Position numbers and translations under genes: made by a program. DNA of 64,000 bases. Origin: an uncultured Candidatus Rokubacteria bacterium (GTDB lineage Bacteria > Methylomirabilota > Methylomirabilia > Rokubacteriales > CSP1-6). Location: the NCBI GenBank assembly GCA_963789955.1, contig CAWBMV010000034.1, positions 96,001-160,000 on the forward strand, written 5' to 3'. Under the pieces are notes generated by a model that saw only the letters and a program-made list of their open reading frames with translations, was not told where the DNA came from and searched no databases. Shown in pieces: positions 1 through 10,325 of this stretch. How positions within the stretch are numbered: the first letter of the stretch is position 1; each line of letters opens with the position of its first letter.

Positions 1-696
1 TGCCACGCGTCGACAGGATCTCGCCGACCCTGGCGCCGCCGAGGTGGCGCACGACGCTGCCGACGTGGATCCACGGGCTCATCAGGACGTTCTGCGAGAG
101 CGCCTTGTTGGCCTGGTCGAGGAAGAATCCGGGATGGACCCAGCCCCGCGTGCCGCGATAGAGCGCGAGCCCGTCGCTGACCCGGTCGAGGTACTCGGCG
201 GCGCGCTCGTCGTCGTACGGATTGACCGGCGTGCCGAGCGCCGCGAGCCCGGCGAGATGCTCGCGGGTCGCCGGCGGCCGATCCGCCGGCAGCGGCGCCA
301 CCGGGTACATGGCGAGGTTGACCGGCACCGGCGTGCCCGACGGCAGGGTCGCGGTCAAGGTCGCGCACTCGCCACCCACGGCGGTGGTCGCCGTGACCGT
401 GGCGATGAGGCGCTTGGCATCGCGCTCGGTCACCACGCCGGCCAGGCGCACTTCTTCCCCGTCGTGGATCGGCTTCACGAACCGCACGTTCGCGGTCCCG
501 CGCTCGAGCCACGCCGCGCCGAACGCCTCGACCAGCGGGTGGGTCAGGTACGCGTACACGGTCACGCCGGGCACGAGCGCGCCCCGGAAGCCGTACTGGC
601 GCGCGATCTGCTCGTCGTGGATCTTGTTTTCGGAGCTCGAGGACGTGTTCCGGGCCTTGACGTGATACTCGGGCAAGCGCTCCTGGCTATCCGTAT
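1..696 (-). CDS. MaoC-like hot-dog fold protein, 3' end runs off the window
   Basis: Manual translation: ...YHVKARNTSSSSENKIHDEQIARQYGFRGALVPGVTVYAYL...WIHVGSVVRH. The NxIH...A...GF..ALVPG motif fits MaoC. AGGAGG lies just upstream; the start codon is unclear (probably ATG missing a base near 695). Not in the ORF track. Confidence 0.7.
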
Positions 697-742
697 GGGC
701 CTCCTTCGCTATCCGCGCACGACCACCCTTGGGGTGGCGGCA

Positions 743-752
743 AGTATATAAT
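743..752. promoter_or_regulatory. Bidirectional -10 element (TATAAT on +, TATACT on -)
   Basis: AGTATATAAT between the divergent hot-dog gene and lemA; the two hexamers overlap by TA. Confidence 0.55.
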
Positions 753-762
753 CAACCCGGTC

Positions 763-1359
763 ATGTCGCGCGGGCTCCTCATCCCCCTGGTCGTCATCGC
801 GGTACTGGTCGTCGGCATCGGCATGTGGGCGGTGTCGGTCAACAATCAGCTCGTCGTGCTCGACCAGAACGTCGGCGAGAAGTGGGCGCAGGTGCAGAAC
901 GTCTACCAGCGCCGCGCCGACCTCATTCCGAACCTCGTGGAGACCGTCAAGGGCTTCGCGGCGCAGGAGCGCACGGTGCTGGAAGAGGTCACGCGCGCGC
1001 GGGCCAGCGCGTCCTCGATCCAGCTCACGCCCGAGGCGCTCAACGACCCCAAGGCGCTCGAGAAGTTCCAGGCCGTACAGAACCAGCTCTCGGGCGCGTT
1101 GTCGCGCCTGCTGGTCACGGTCGAGAAATATCCCGACCTCAAATCCAACCAGAACTTCCTGGCTCTGCAGAGCCAGCTCGAAGGCACCGAGAACCGCATC
1201 ACCGTGGAGCGCCGCAACTTCAACCAGGCGGTCCGCGACTACAACACGCGCCTGCGACTCTTCCCGGGCTCGATCGTCGCGCGCTTCTCGGGCTATCAAC
1301 CCAAGGCATTCTTCGAGGCGGCGCCCGATGCGGCGACCGTCCCCAAGGTGAAGTTCTAG
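763..1359 (+). CDS. lemA: LemA family protein
   Basis: N-terminal TM helix, WAQVQNVYQRRADLIPNLVETVKG, EKYPDLKSNQNFLALQSQLEGTENRI. Confidence 0.95.
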   Translation: MSRGLLIPLVVIAVLVVGIGMWAVSVNNQLVVLDQNVGEKWAQVQNVYQRRADLIPNLVETVKGFAAQERTVLEEVTRARASASSIQLTPEALNDPKALEKFQAVQNQLSGALSRLLVTVEKYPDLKSNQNFLALQSQLEGTENRITVERRNFNQAVRDYNTRLRLFPGSIVARFSGYQPKAFFEAAPDAATVPKVKF

Positions 1360-1360
1360 T

Positions 1361-2114
1361 CTGCTTCTCGCGGTTGTCCTCGCCGTCGCCCTCGTTCTGC
1401 CGCCAGCGCCGACCGCCCGGCTGAACGACTACGCCGGTCTGCTGACCCCGGCCGAGCGCGAGCGGATCGAGTCCCTCCTGACCGAGCGCGAGCGGAGCCA
1501 CCGGAACCCAGATGGCGATCGCGGTGTTCACGTCGCTCGACGGCGAGAGCCTCGAGGACGTCGCGAACACGGCTCTTCCAGCAAGTGGCGCCTCGGTCAG
1601 AAGAAGCTCGACAACGGCGTGCTCCTCGTCGTGTTCGTGCAGGATCGAAAGCTGCGGCTCGAGGTGGGCTACGGGCTCGAAGGAGTGCTGCCCGACGCCG
1701 AGGCCTCGCAGATCATCCGCGGCGCGATCGCGCCCCGCTTCCGCGAGCAGCACTACGCGGCCGGGCTCGAGGCCGCGACGATCGCCGTGTACGAGCGGAT
1801 CAAGCCGGGCTCGACGCCGCCGGAAGAGCTCAAGCGCTGGGCCGATTCGTCGCAGCGGCGGCAGGGCAGCGGGCAGCCCGAATCTCTACCTGCTCGTCTT
1901 CCTTGCGCTCGCCGTGCTGACGGTCGGCGGGCTCGCGTGGGACGCGTCACACCAGCGCGGCTTCACCGCGAGCCGGCGCGGATGGACTTCCTCCGGAGGT
2001 CCGTGGTTCGGCGGCGGCGGCTGGGGCGGCGGCGGATTTGGCGGGGGCGGCGGTGGCGGGTTCTCGGGCGGCGGGGGCAGCTCGGGCGGCGGCGGCGCGA
2101 GCGGGAGCTGGTGA
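1361..2114 (+). CDS. TPM domain (YgcG-like) membrane protein with Gly-rich tail; several frameshifts
   Basis: Pieces across frames: RLNDYAGLL..., MAIAVFTSLDGESLED, DNGVLLVVFVQDRKLRLEVGYGLEGVLPD, C-terminal GGGGFSGGGGSSGGGGASGSW. Usual lemA neighbour. Start approximate. Confidence 0.85.
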
Positions 2115-2587
2115 TGGCGAAGCATCCGAGCTGGACGCGGCGCTTCTTGAGCGAGGCGGACTTCGACGCGATCACGCGCGCGATCAAAACGGCCGAGTCG
2201 CGAACCTCGGCGGAGATCCGGGTGCATCTCGAGCGCCGCGTGCCGCGGCGGCTCCTGGTCGGCCCCGTGCCCGACGTGATGACGCGGGCGCACCACGTGT
2301 TCCGTCACCTCGGCATGCACCGGACCGCCGAGCGCCACGGCGTGCTGATCTATGTCGCGGTCGAGGACCGGCGCCTCGCGATCGTCGGCGACGAGGGCAT
2401 ACACGGGCGCGTCGGAGATCCGCACTGGCACCGCGTGCGCGACCTGATGCTCGAGCGACTGCGAGCGAACGCGCCGCGCGAGGCGATCGAGCGCGCGGTC
2501 GAAGAGCTCGGCCGCGCGCTCGCCGAGCACTACCCGCGCCGGCCCGACGACAAGAACGAATTGACCGACGAGGTCAGCGTGTCGTGA
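2114..2587 (+). CDS. Short TPM domain protein
   Basis: AIKTAESRTSAEIRVH...RHGVLIYVAVEDRRLAIVGDEGIH...DDKNELTDEV; ATG overlaps the upstream TGA. Confidence 0.9.
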   Translation: MAKHPSWTRRFLSEADFDAITRAIKTAESRTSAEIRVHLERRVPRRLLVGPVPDVMTRAHHVFRHLGMHRTAERHGVLIYVAVEDRRLAIVGDEGIHGRVGDPHWHRVRDLMLERLRANAPREAIERAVEELGRALAEHYPRRPDDKNELTDEVSVS

Positions 2588-2613
2588 GGGGGCGACGGGT
2601 GTACTGTACGGGC

Positions 2614-2928
2614 ATGGTCACGCGCGTAGCCATCATCGGAGCCCTCGCCGTCATGCTCGGGCTATCGTCGGCGAGCGCTCAGGAATCGCGGCCCGCCGAG
2701 GGATCGGCGACCTTCGAGCTCAAACGCGAGGCGAAGCCGCGCCCCATCGTGCGCCCCGAGGCCGACCCCGGCCAGGCCACGCGTGATGCCGCGAGCGCGG
2801 CGGCCGAGTACGAGCAGAAGCAGCGCGACGAGGCCGTGATGCGCGAGCAGACTCGACCGGCGTTCCGGCGCCCGGATCTCGGTTACGACGTGACCAGCGG
2901 CATCCAGCAGCGCAACCTGCGCCGATGA
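2614..2928 (+). CDS. Hypothetical secreted protein
   Basis: MVTRVAIIGALAVMLGLSSASAQ signal peptide; TACTGT 6 nt upstream; stop overlaps the next ATG. Confidence 0.7.
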   Translation: MVTRVAIIGALAVMLGLSSASAQESRPAEGSATFELKREAKPRPIVRPEADPGQATRDAASAAAEYEQKQRDEAVMREQTRPAFRRPDLGYDVTSGIQQRNLRR

Positions 2929-4025
2929 CGCGCGACGACATTCCAACACCCGCGCTGTTGCTGGATCTCGATCGCTTCGAGCGGAATCTCCGCCGCATGG
3001 CGGCCCACGCGCGCGCATCCGGCAAAAATCTTCGGCCCCACGCGAAGACGCATCGCTGCCCGGAGATCGCCCGCCGTCAGGTGAGCGCCGGTGCCCTCGG
3101 GGTCGCGTGCGCGAAGCTCGGCGAGGCCGAAGTCATGGCGCGCGCCGGCGTTCGCGGGCTCCTGATCACGACCGAGGTCGTCTCGCCCGCCGCGATCCGC
3201 CGGCTCATGCGACTCGTCTCGGCCGCGCCCGATACGATGGTCGTGATCGACAACCCCGTCAACGTCGCGGATCTCGGCCGCGAGGCGGCGGCCGACGGCG
3301 TCACGGTCAACGTGCTCGTGGACGTCGACGTGGGAACGCGCCGCACCGGGATCGCCCCGGGAGAGCCCGCGCTCGCGCTGGCGCGTGCCGCGGTCGCCCA
3401 GCCGGCGCTCCGCTTCCGCGGGCTCCAGGGCTACGCGGGTCACTGCGCGCACGTCATGGGCTGGCAGGCGCGGCGCGAGGCCTCGCACGCGGCGCTCAAG
3501 CCGCTGATGGAGACGCGCGAGCTGATCGAGCGAGCGGGAATCCCGGTCGAGATCGTCGCCGGCGGCTCGACCGGCACCTTCGACATCGACATCGAGCTGC
3601 CCGGGCTCACGGAGCTCCAGGCCGGTTCGTACTGCGTGATGGACATCGACTACCGGCGGATCGGCGCGCAATCCGGCCCCGTGAACGGCAACTTCGAGAT
3701 GGCGCTCACCGTGATCACGACGGTGGTCAGCGTCCCGACGACCGATCGCGCGATGGTCGATGGCGGGCTCAAGGCCTTCTCGACCGACAAGCCGTTTCCG
3801 CCGGAATCGGTGGAACGGCCGGGTGTCGAGTTCTCGTTCGCGGGCGACGAGCACGGGCGGCTGACGATCACCGACCCGTCACGCGGTCCGAAGCTCGGCG
3901 AGCGCATCGAGTTCTTCCCGCCCCACTGCGACCCGACGATCAACCTCTACGATCGGATCTACGCGATGCGCGGCGACAAGGTCGAGGCGGTGTGGGACAT
4001 CGCCGCGCGCGGTCGCTCCGACTGA
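2925..4025 (+). CDS. DSD1 / D-threonine aldolase family PLP-dependent enzyme
   Basis: TPALLLD, LRPHAKTH (PLP Lys), RTG, GGSTGT, ELQAGSY, DEHG, PPHCDPTINLYD. Confidence 0.9.
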   Translation: MTRDDIPTPALLLDLDRFERNLRRMAAHARASGKNLRPHAKTHRCPEIARRQVSAGALGVACAKLGEAEVMARAGVRGLLITTEVVSPAAIRRLMRLVSAAPDTMVVIDNPVNVADLGREAAADGVTVNVLVDVDVGTRRTGIAPGEPALALARAAVAQPALRFRGLQGYAGHCAHVMGWQARREASHAALKPLMETRELIERAGIPVEIVAGGSTGTFDIDIELPGLTELQAGSYCVMDIDYRRIGAQSGPVNGNFEMALTVITTVVSVPTTDRAMVDGGLKAFSTDKPFPPESVERPGVEFSFAGDEHGRLTITDPSRGPKLGERIEFFPPHCDPTINLYDRIYAMRGDKVEAVWDIAARGRSD

Positions 4026-4032
4026 TAGATAT

Positions 4033-4141
4033 GGGGGGCCTCGAAGGGCCCCCCAAGCCCCCCGCGCTCGGAAGCGTCCCGGCGTAGCCGTGACGCTCCT
4101 CGAACTCGCGTTGCGTCTTCGGGGGCCTCGAAGGGCCCCAA
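4033..4141. repeat. REP-like GC-rich palindromic element with two direct copies of GGGGGCCTCGAAGGGCCCC
   Basis: Copies at 4034-4052 and 4121-4139, each self-complementary. A central hairpin AGCGTC-C-CGGC-GTA-GCCG-T-GACGCT lies at 4073-4097. Sits between convergent genes. Confidence 0.75.
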
Positions 4142-4151
4142 CCCCACGGCT

Positions 4152-4601
4152 TCAGGCGGCGGGACGATACGCGATCAGGTAGCGGTGCTCGCCCTCGAGC
4201 ACGACCTCGCCCCGCTGGTTCTTCAGGGCGACGCGCAGGGTCAGGAGGCCGGCCGAGCGCTTGCGCTCCAGGGCGACGACCTCGTGCTCGGGATAGATCG
4301 TGTCGCCGATGAGCGCCGGCCCGCGAAAGCGCGTGGTCTGCTCGACGAAGGCGACGATGGAGTCCTCGATCAACGGCGCCAGGGTCGAGGCGCCGACCGC
4401 AGTGAGCGACGCGAGCAGCAGGCCGTGGGCGAGGCGTCCGCCGTAGCGCGTCTTCTTCCCGTACTCTTCGTCGTAGTGGATCGGATGGTTGTCGCCGGTC
4501 ATGCCCGCGAAGAACATGAAGTGCGCGTCGGTCAAGGTCCGTGACGGACTCTTGAAGCGGTCGCCGACCGCGAAGTCCTCGAAGTAGCGCTGCGTCGTCA
4601 C
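4152..4601 (-). CDS. MaoC family dehydratase
   Basis: GTG start, RYFEDFAVGDRF...FAGMTGDNHPIHYDEEY...RLAHGLL. Confidence 0.9.
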   Translation of the reverse strand: MTTQRYFEDFAVGDRFKSPSRTLTDAHFMFFAGMTGDNHPIHYDEEYGKKTRYGGRLAHGLLLASLTAVGASTLAPLIEDSIVAFVEQTTRFRGPALIGDTIYPEHEVVALERKRSAGLLTLRVALKNQRGEVVLEGEHRYLIAYRPAA

Positions 4602-5494
4602 CAGGCGTTCCAGAAGATCTCGCGAGCCTCCGAAGATTCTCGGGCGCGGAACATCTGCTCGCGTAGGCGCGCGGCGCCCGGAAATCCGCTGGCGTACCAG
4701 GCCAGGTGCTTCTTCAGCTGGATCTGCGCGGTGCGCGGCGGCAGCAGCGCCTCGATCAGCGCATCGTGCCGGCGGATGATCCGCGCACGTTCCTCGCGCG
4801 GCACCTCCGCGCCCCTGAAAATCCACGGCGCGCCGAACGTGCCGCGGCCGATCATGACGGCGGCGCAGCGGGTGGCCGCCACCATCGCCTCGGCGTCGGC
4901 GGCGGACCGCACGTCGCCGTTGCCGATCACCGGGATCGCGACCGCGTCGACGACGCTCGCGATGATCTCCCACGGCGCCCGGCCGCTGTACAGCTGCGAG
5001 CGCGTGCGCGGATGGACGGTGATCGCGTCGACCCCCTCGCTCTCGGCGATGCGGGCGATCTCCACGGCGTTCACGGTCCGGTCGTCCCAGCCGCCGCGGA
5101 TCTTGATCGTGAATTCGACACCGATCGCCTTGCGCATGGTGCGGAACACTACGGCGGCGCCGAGCGGATCGCGCATCAGGGCGGATCCCTGGCCCTTCGT
5201 GACGATCTTGGCCACCGGGCAGCCCATATTCAGATCGATCGCATCGGCGCCGGTGGCCTCGAGTCGTCGCGCGGCCTCGGCGAGCACGTCGGGGTCGGCG
5301 CCGAGCAGCTGGAGCGCGATCGGATGCTCCTCGGGCAGGAAGCGCGCGTACTCCGCCGTGCGCGCGCTCCCTTCCAGGAATCCGCGGGCGTCGATCTCCT
5401 CGCTGGTGAGGCGGCCGGCGCCGCACTCGCGCGCGATCAGCCTGAAGGGCGCGTTGGTCACCGCGGCCATCGGGGCCAGACGCAGATCGATCAT
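4598..5494 (-). CDS. tRNA-dihydrouridine synthase (DusB-like)
   Basis: LAPMAAVT, DLNMGCP, GSALM, TIKIRGGW, TVHPRT, GNGDV, MIGRG. Confidence 0.9.
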   Translation of the reverse strand: MIDLRLAPMAAVTNAPFRLIARECGAGRLTSEEIDARGFLEGSARTAEYARFLPEEHPIALQLLGADPDVLAEAARRLEATGADAIDLNMGCPVAKIVTKGQGSALMRDPLGAAVVFRTMRKAIGVEFTIKIRGGWDDRTVNAVEIARIAESEGVDAITVHPRTRSQLYSGRAPWEIIASVVDAVAIPVIGNGDVRSAADAEAMVAATRCAAVMIGRGTFGAPWIFRGAEVPREERARIIRRHDALIEALLPPRTAQIQLKKHLAWYASGFPGAARLREQMFRARESSEAREIFWNAW

Positions 5495-5523
5495 GCCATC
5501 CAGCATCTCACGGTGGGCGGGTG

Positions 5524-6193
5524 CTACTCCACGAGCGCGATCGCGCGGACAGGCGAGCCGTCGGCGCCCTCGAGCTTGAGCGGCAGCGCCATGAAGCGGC
5601 AGCGCGCGCGCGCCGATCTGGTCGAGGTTGGTCAGGTACTCGATCACGGTGATGCCGGCCGGAAAGAAGATCGCGTGCGTCGTGTACTCCGAGCGTCCCG
5701 GTCGGCGACGCGGCTCGGCGATCGTGTCGCGGATGCAGTGATCCGGAGGGTAGTCGTAGCCGACGGCCTTCGCACCGCGGGCGACGAGCCACTCGCAACC
5801 GCTCGGACCGGTCCACGGACCTTCCTTCCAGAACTGCTCCTTGTCGACGCCCATGCGCCGGGGCCAGTCCGTGCGCAGCAGCACGATGTCGCCGCGGCGT
5901 ACGTGGGCGGCGCGACGCTCGAGGTCCGCGGCGGTGACCTCGCCGTTGGCGCCGAGGTGCGTCAGATCGACCACCGCCGCGTCGCCGACCCACTGATCCA
6001 CCGGCATCGAGGCCATGTCGCGGCCGTCGACCAGGTAGTGCAGCGGCGCGTCGACGTGCGTGTAGGCGTGGCAGCTGATCGTCAGCACGGTGCTCTGCAG
6101 CGGATGGCCGGTGGCGTGCGCGGCCACGAGCTCGGGAGCCACTTTCCAGCGGAAGTGCGGCCGGATCGAGAAGCTCAGGTCAACGATTCGCAT
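5524..6193 (-). CDS. Cyclase / kynurenine formamidase family protein; frameshift near 5605
   Basis: HAYTHVDAPLH motif, DIVLLRT, IEYLTNL; C-terminus LPLKLEGADGSPVRAIA is in another frame. Confidence 0.85.
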
Positions 6194-6198
6194 CGCGG

Positions 6199-6975
6199 TT
6201 ACCGTTCCGCGACGAGGACCGAGACCGGGAAGCCGTAGCGGATCTGTCCTTCCTCGAACCTCGGCTGGATGTCGAGCGCGTCGTCGGTGAGCGCCTCACG
6301 GAAGATCTTGCGGATCTTCTCGTCGTCACCGGGATGCGGGAACGACCGCCCGATCAAGGCCTCCATCTCGCCCTCGAGTCGATACGACGTCACCCGGGGC
6401 TCGGGCAGGCCGACCCGGGCGTAGAGGTCGCGGTGCTCTTCGACCGGCAGGGAGCGTACGTGCGAGGGATCGCGCAGCCGCTCCATCCGGTTGAACGCGT
6501 CGGCGCGCTTCACGTCCGGCGTGCTGTCGACGACCACGACCCGGCCCCCCGGGGTGGCGACCCGCTTCATCTCGCGCAGGACGGCGAGCGGGTCGAGAAA
6601 GTGATGGAACGCGAAACGTGAGGTCACGATCGAGAACGACGCGTCCGGCCACGGCAGCGGCAGCACGTCGCCCTGGCGCCACGTCACGTTCGTCAGGCCG
6701 AGCTGGGTGGAGTGGGCGCGCGCCCGATCGAGCATGGCCGGCGTGATGTCGATGCCGGTCGCGTGGCGGACGACTCGCGCGAAGGCGGCCACCACGAGCC
6801 CGGGGCCGCACGCGACGTCCAGCACCGTGTCCTCGGGCCCGGCGCCGCTGCACTCGACGATCAGGCGCAGCGCCGCCTCGTCGCGGATGCCGGGCGCGGT
6901 GGCGAACGGCGTCGCCTGCCGCGTGAACTGGTCGAGGATCTCGTTCTGATGCTCAGAGGGTTTGCTTGTAGGCAT
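6199..6975 (-). CDS. Class I SAM-dependent methyltransferase
   Basis: VLDVACGPG, GIDIT, LPWPDASFSIVTSRFAFHH, RDPSH. Confidence 0.9.
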   Translation of the reverse strand: MPTSKPSEHQNEILDQFTRQATPFATAPGIRDEAALRLIVECSGAGPEDTVLDVACGPGLVVAAFARVVRHATGIDITPAMLDRARAHSTQLGLTNVTWRQGDVLPLPWPDASFSIVTSRFAFHHFLDPLAVLREMKRVATPGGRVVVVDSTPDVKRADAFNRMERLRDPSHVRSLPVEEHRDLYARVGLPEPRVTSYRLEGEMEALIGRSFPHPGDDEKIRKIFREALTDDALDIQPRFEEGQIRYGFPVSVLVAER

Positions 6976-8188
6976 GACCGCCCTTCATGATGACCTTCAA
7001 ATTGTCCTGGATCTGGAACACGCGCAGATTCCGGAGCGGGTCGCCGGCGACGACGATCAGGTCCGCGTATTTGCCGGGCTCGACGGTGCCGATCCGGTCG
7101 GACATGCGGAAGAGCGCGGCGTTGACCTTGGTGGCCGAGAGCAACACCTCCATCGGCTTCATCACCTGCGCCTTCAGCTCGAACTCGACGGCGCGCTGCA
7201 CCATCATGTCGCCCAGCAGATCGGAGCCCGATCCGATCTGGCAGCCGGCGCGGTAGGCGTAGGTCAGGCCCTGCACGGATTGCTCGCGCGCCAGATTGAT
7301 CTTCTGGATCTGATGGTCGCCGATGCCGTAGCGCTTGCCTTCGCGATAGATCATCTCGTAGGTGATCATCGTCGGCACCAGGAAGGCCCCGGCGTCCTTG
7401 ATCGCCTTCGCGGCCGCCTCGCGGATGAGGTTGCCGTGCTCGATCGAGCGCACGCCGGCCTCGATGGCGTTCCGCACCGCGGTGTCGGAGTAGGCGTGAG
7501 CCAGGACGTACTTGCCGACGGCGCGCGCCTCCTCGGCGGCGGCGCGCATCTCGGCGATCGTGAACTGCGTCGTATCGAGCTCGTCGGCCGGCGACATGGC
7601 GCCGCCCGAGGCCATGATCTTGATCTGGTCGACGTCGCGCCGCAGCTGCTCGCGCACGGCCTTGCGCACCTCGGCCTCGCCGTCGGCGATCGAGCCGATC
7701 ATGCCGATGCAGCAATCGATCGGCGCGACCCATTCCGAGCGCCGCCGCTTGTCGCCGTGGCCGCCGGTCTGCGAGATGTAGTTGCCGGAGACGAGCATCC
7801 GCGGCCCGGGATAGACCCCTTCGTTGATCGCTTCGCGAAATCCGTAGTCGGCGCCGCCGGCGTCGCGCACGGTCGTGAATCCCTGCATCAGGCACTCTTC
7901 GGCTCGACGCAGCGCCTTCGCGGCCAGGAGGCTCGGCGGCAGATAGCGATGCTGGTCGGTGATGTTGCCCTCGACCGCGCAGATGTGGACGTGCGCGTCG
8001 GTGAGCCCGGGCATCAGGGTCGCGCCGCGGCAGTCGAGCGTCGTCACCGGGCCGGGCAGCGGACCGACCTTCCCGTTCGGGAACACGTCCTTGATGCGAT
8101 CGTCCTCGACGACGACCGCGGCGCCCGGCATCGGGTCGGCGCCCGTACAGTCGATCAGCAGGGCGTTGGTGAAGACGGTCAGGCTCAT
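6953..8188 (-). CDS. Metal-dependent amidohydrolase (Xaa-Pro dipeptidase-like)
   Basis: MPGLTDAHVH, GFTTVRDAGG, IKIMASGG, AHAY, SIEHG, GSD, GKYADL. Confidence 0.9.
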   Translation of the reverse strand: MSLTVFTNALLIDCTGADPMPGAAVVVEDDRIKDVFPNGKVGPLPGPVTTLDCRGATLMPGLTDAHVHICAVEGNITDQHRYLPPSLLAAKALRRAEECLMQGFTTVRDAGGADYGFREAINEGVYPGPRMLVSGNYISQTGGHGDKRRRSEWVAPIDCCIGMIGSIADGEAEVRKAVREQLRRDVDQIKIMASGGAMSPADELDTTQFTIAEMRAAAEEARAVGKYVLAHAYSDTAVRNAIEAGVRSIEHGNLIREAAAKAIKDAGAFLVPTMITYEMIYREGKRYGIGDHQIQKINLAREQSVQGLTYAYRAGCQIGSGSDLLGDMMVQRAVEFELKAQVMKPMEVLLSATKVNAALFRMSDRIGTVEPGKYADLIVVAGDPLRNLRVFQIQDNLKVIMKGGHAYKQTL

Positions 8189-9716
8189 CGCGGGGTCACC
8201 TTCGCGTCGTACATCCAGACCTTCTCGTCGGCGCGCGGCGTCCACTCGACCTGGTTCGTCACGCCGTAGAGGTCGTGCTGCTGCCACAGAAAGACCCAGG
8301 GCGCCTCGTCACGGATCAGCCGCTGCAGCTCGGCGTACGCCTCGGCGCGCGCCTTCGGCTCCATCAAGGTCTGAGCCCGCGCGATCTTCTCGTCGATCGT
8401 CTTGTTGTTGCCGTACGACGAATAGGTCTGGTCGGCCAGGAAGAGCGGCTGGATCGTGCCCTGGCCGTAGAGCGCCGGGCCCCAGCCGAGGAAGAACATG
8501 TCGCCCGGTGTTGCGGTTCTTGATCTTGTCCAGGTGCGTGCCCCACTCGTTGACGACCACGTTCACCTTGAGCCCGACACGCTGGAGCTGGGCCGCGATC
8601 GCGAGCGACACGTCCTTGTCGAGCGGGTAGCGGCCGGACGGCGTATCGAGGGTCAGCTGGAGCTTCGTCGGGTCGACGCCGGCTTCCTTGAAGAGCGCCT
8701 GGGCACGGGCGGGGTCGTGCTTGTAGCACTCGGCCGGCGCGTAGTCGACGTTGGCGGGCGCCATCGGCCCGCACATGCGCGACGCGCGCCCCTTGAGCAC
8801 CTGCTTGATCAGCTCGTCGACGTCCACCGCGTGGTTCATCGCGCGGCGCACGCGGAGATCCTGCATCGGCCCGGGCTTCAGATTCACCAGCGCCAGATAG
8901 TTGATCCGCGAGGACACCGTCGAGCGCAGGGTCGACCGGCCGCTCTTCTCGATCGCCTCGACGGCGTGGGGCGGCACGTCCTTCATGATGTCGATCTCGC
9001 CGGAGAGCAGCGCCGCCATCCGCGCGCTGAACTCGGGGATGAAGCGGAAGGTCACGCGGCTGACGTCGGCGGGGCCCTGCCAGTAGTCGGGATTGCGCTC
9101 GACCACCAGGCGCTCGTCGCGCTTCCACTCGACGAAGCGGAACGGCCCGGTGCCGATCGGCTTCTCGGCGAGCTTCTGCGGCCCGAGCTCCTTGAGCGCC
9201 TTCGCCGGCATGATGAGCGAGTTCGTCGACGCGGCACTGTCGGCCAGGTTGGGCCAGGGCTGCTTGGTGACGAAGCGAACGGTGAAATCGTCGACGATCT
9301 GCACCTCTTTCACGAGGCCCCAGTACGCGGCACCGCGTGAAGTGGCTCTTGGTCGCCGGGTCGAGCGCGTAGTCGATCGTGGCCTTGACCGACTGCGCGG
9401 TGAACGGCTCGCCGTTGTGAAACTTGACGCCCTTGCGGAGCTTGAACTCCCAGGTGGTGTCGTTGACGATCTTCCAGCTCTCGGCCAGCATCGGCTTGGG
9501 CTTGAAGGTCTTCGCGTCACGGTCGAGCAGCCGATCGTAGATGTGCTCGAGCATGTTGTTGGTGGTCCAGTCCACGATCGTGACGGCGAGCATCGTCCGG
9601 GGCTCGGCGCCGAGGCCGACGACGATCTCCTTGCCGCGGCTCTGGGCTCCGGCCGGCGCCGAGCCCAGCAGGACGAGAGCGATCGCGACGGAACACAGCA
9701 CGGTCAGGCGGCGCAT
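8185..9716 (-). CDS. Peptide/nickel ABC transporter substrate-binding protein (family 5); frameshifts near 9335 and 8500
   Basis: Signal peptide; LAESW...TWEFKLRKGVKFHNGEPFTA, PIGTGPFRF, RVRRAMNHAVD; the ORF track splits it into three pieces. Confidence 0.9.
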
Positions 9717-9739
9717 AGAGTCTCCTCTGCGAATCGGGA

Positions 9740-10324
9740 TCAGTTGAGCTCGTCCAGGGTGAGGCGGAAGCTCGGGACGAACGTCTCCAGGAAGTAGCGC
9801 ACCTCCGGCAGATCGAGCTCCTCGACACTCGCCCGCAAGCTCTTCTCGGCCTGCGCGAACTCGGGATTGCCCGCGCCGGTCTCCTCGAGGCACTTGAGAT
9901 AGGCGCAGAGCTTGTCGGCCGCGCGCACCAGGCGGCGATGGGTCTCATCCCGCGGGTCGGGTCGGAAGAACGATTCGTAGCCGGGCTTCAGCGCATCGGG
10001 GATCAGCGCGAAGAGCTTCTCCTTCGACGCCGCCTCGATCGCGTGATAGGCGCGATTGATCTCGGGATTGAATTCCTTGACCGGCGACGGAAGGTCACCG
10101 GTCAGCACCTCGCTGATGTCGTGGTAGAGCGCCAGGGTCGCCGCCCGCTCGGGGCTCACGTCGCCGCCGAAGAGCCGATTGCGGATGATCGCGAGGGCGT
10201 GCGCGATCTGCGCCACGCGCAGGCTGTGCTCCTGGATGTTCTCGGGATAGGTGCTGTGCATGAGGCCCCAGCGGCGGATGAACTTCATCCGCGACAGGTA
10301 CGCGAAGAAGTGGCTGGTGGACAT
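9740..10324 (-). CDS. yfbR: HD-domain 5'-deoxynucleotidase
   Basis: SHFFAYLSRMKFIRRWGLM...ENIQEHS...YHDISEVLTGDLPSPVK...ADKLCAYLKCLEE...GNPEF, which matches YfbR. Confidence 0.9.
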   Translation of the reverse strand: MSTSHFFAYLSRMKFIRRWGLMHSTYPENIQEHSLRVAQIAHALAIIRNRLFGGDVSPERAATLALYHDISEVLTGDLPSPVKEFNPEINRAYHAIEAASKEKLFALIPDALKPGYESFFRPDPRDETHRRLVRAADKLCAYLKCLEETGAGNPEFAQAEKSLRASVEELDLPEVRYFLETFVPSFRLTLDELN

Positions 10325-10325
10325 C

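Noticed and set aside
2008..2114. GGC-rich low-complexity tract
   Set aside because: Encodes the normal Gly-rich tail of TPM-domain proteins.
4033..4141. Possible mini-CRISPR (two repeats around a spacer)
   Set aside because: Only two 19-nt copies, a spacer of about 68 nt that is itself palindromic, and no cas genes.
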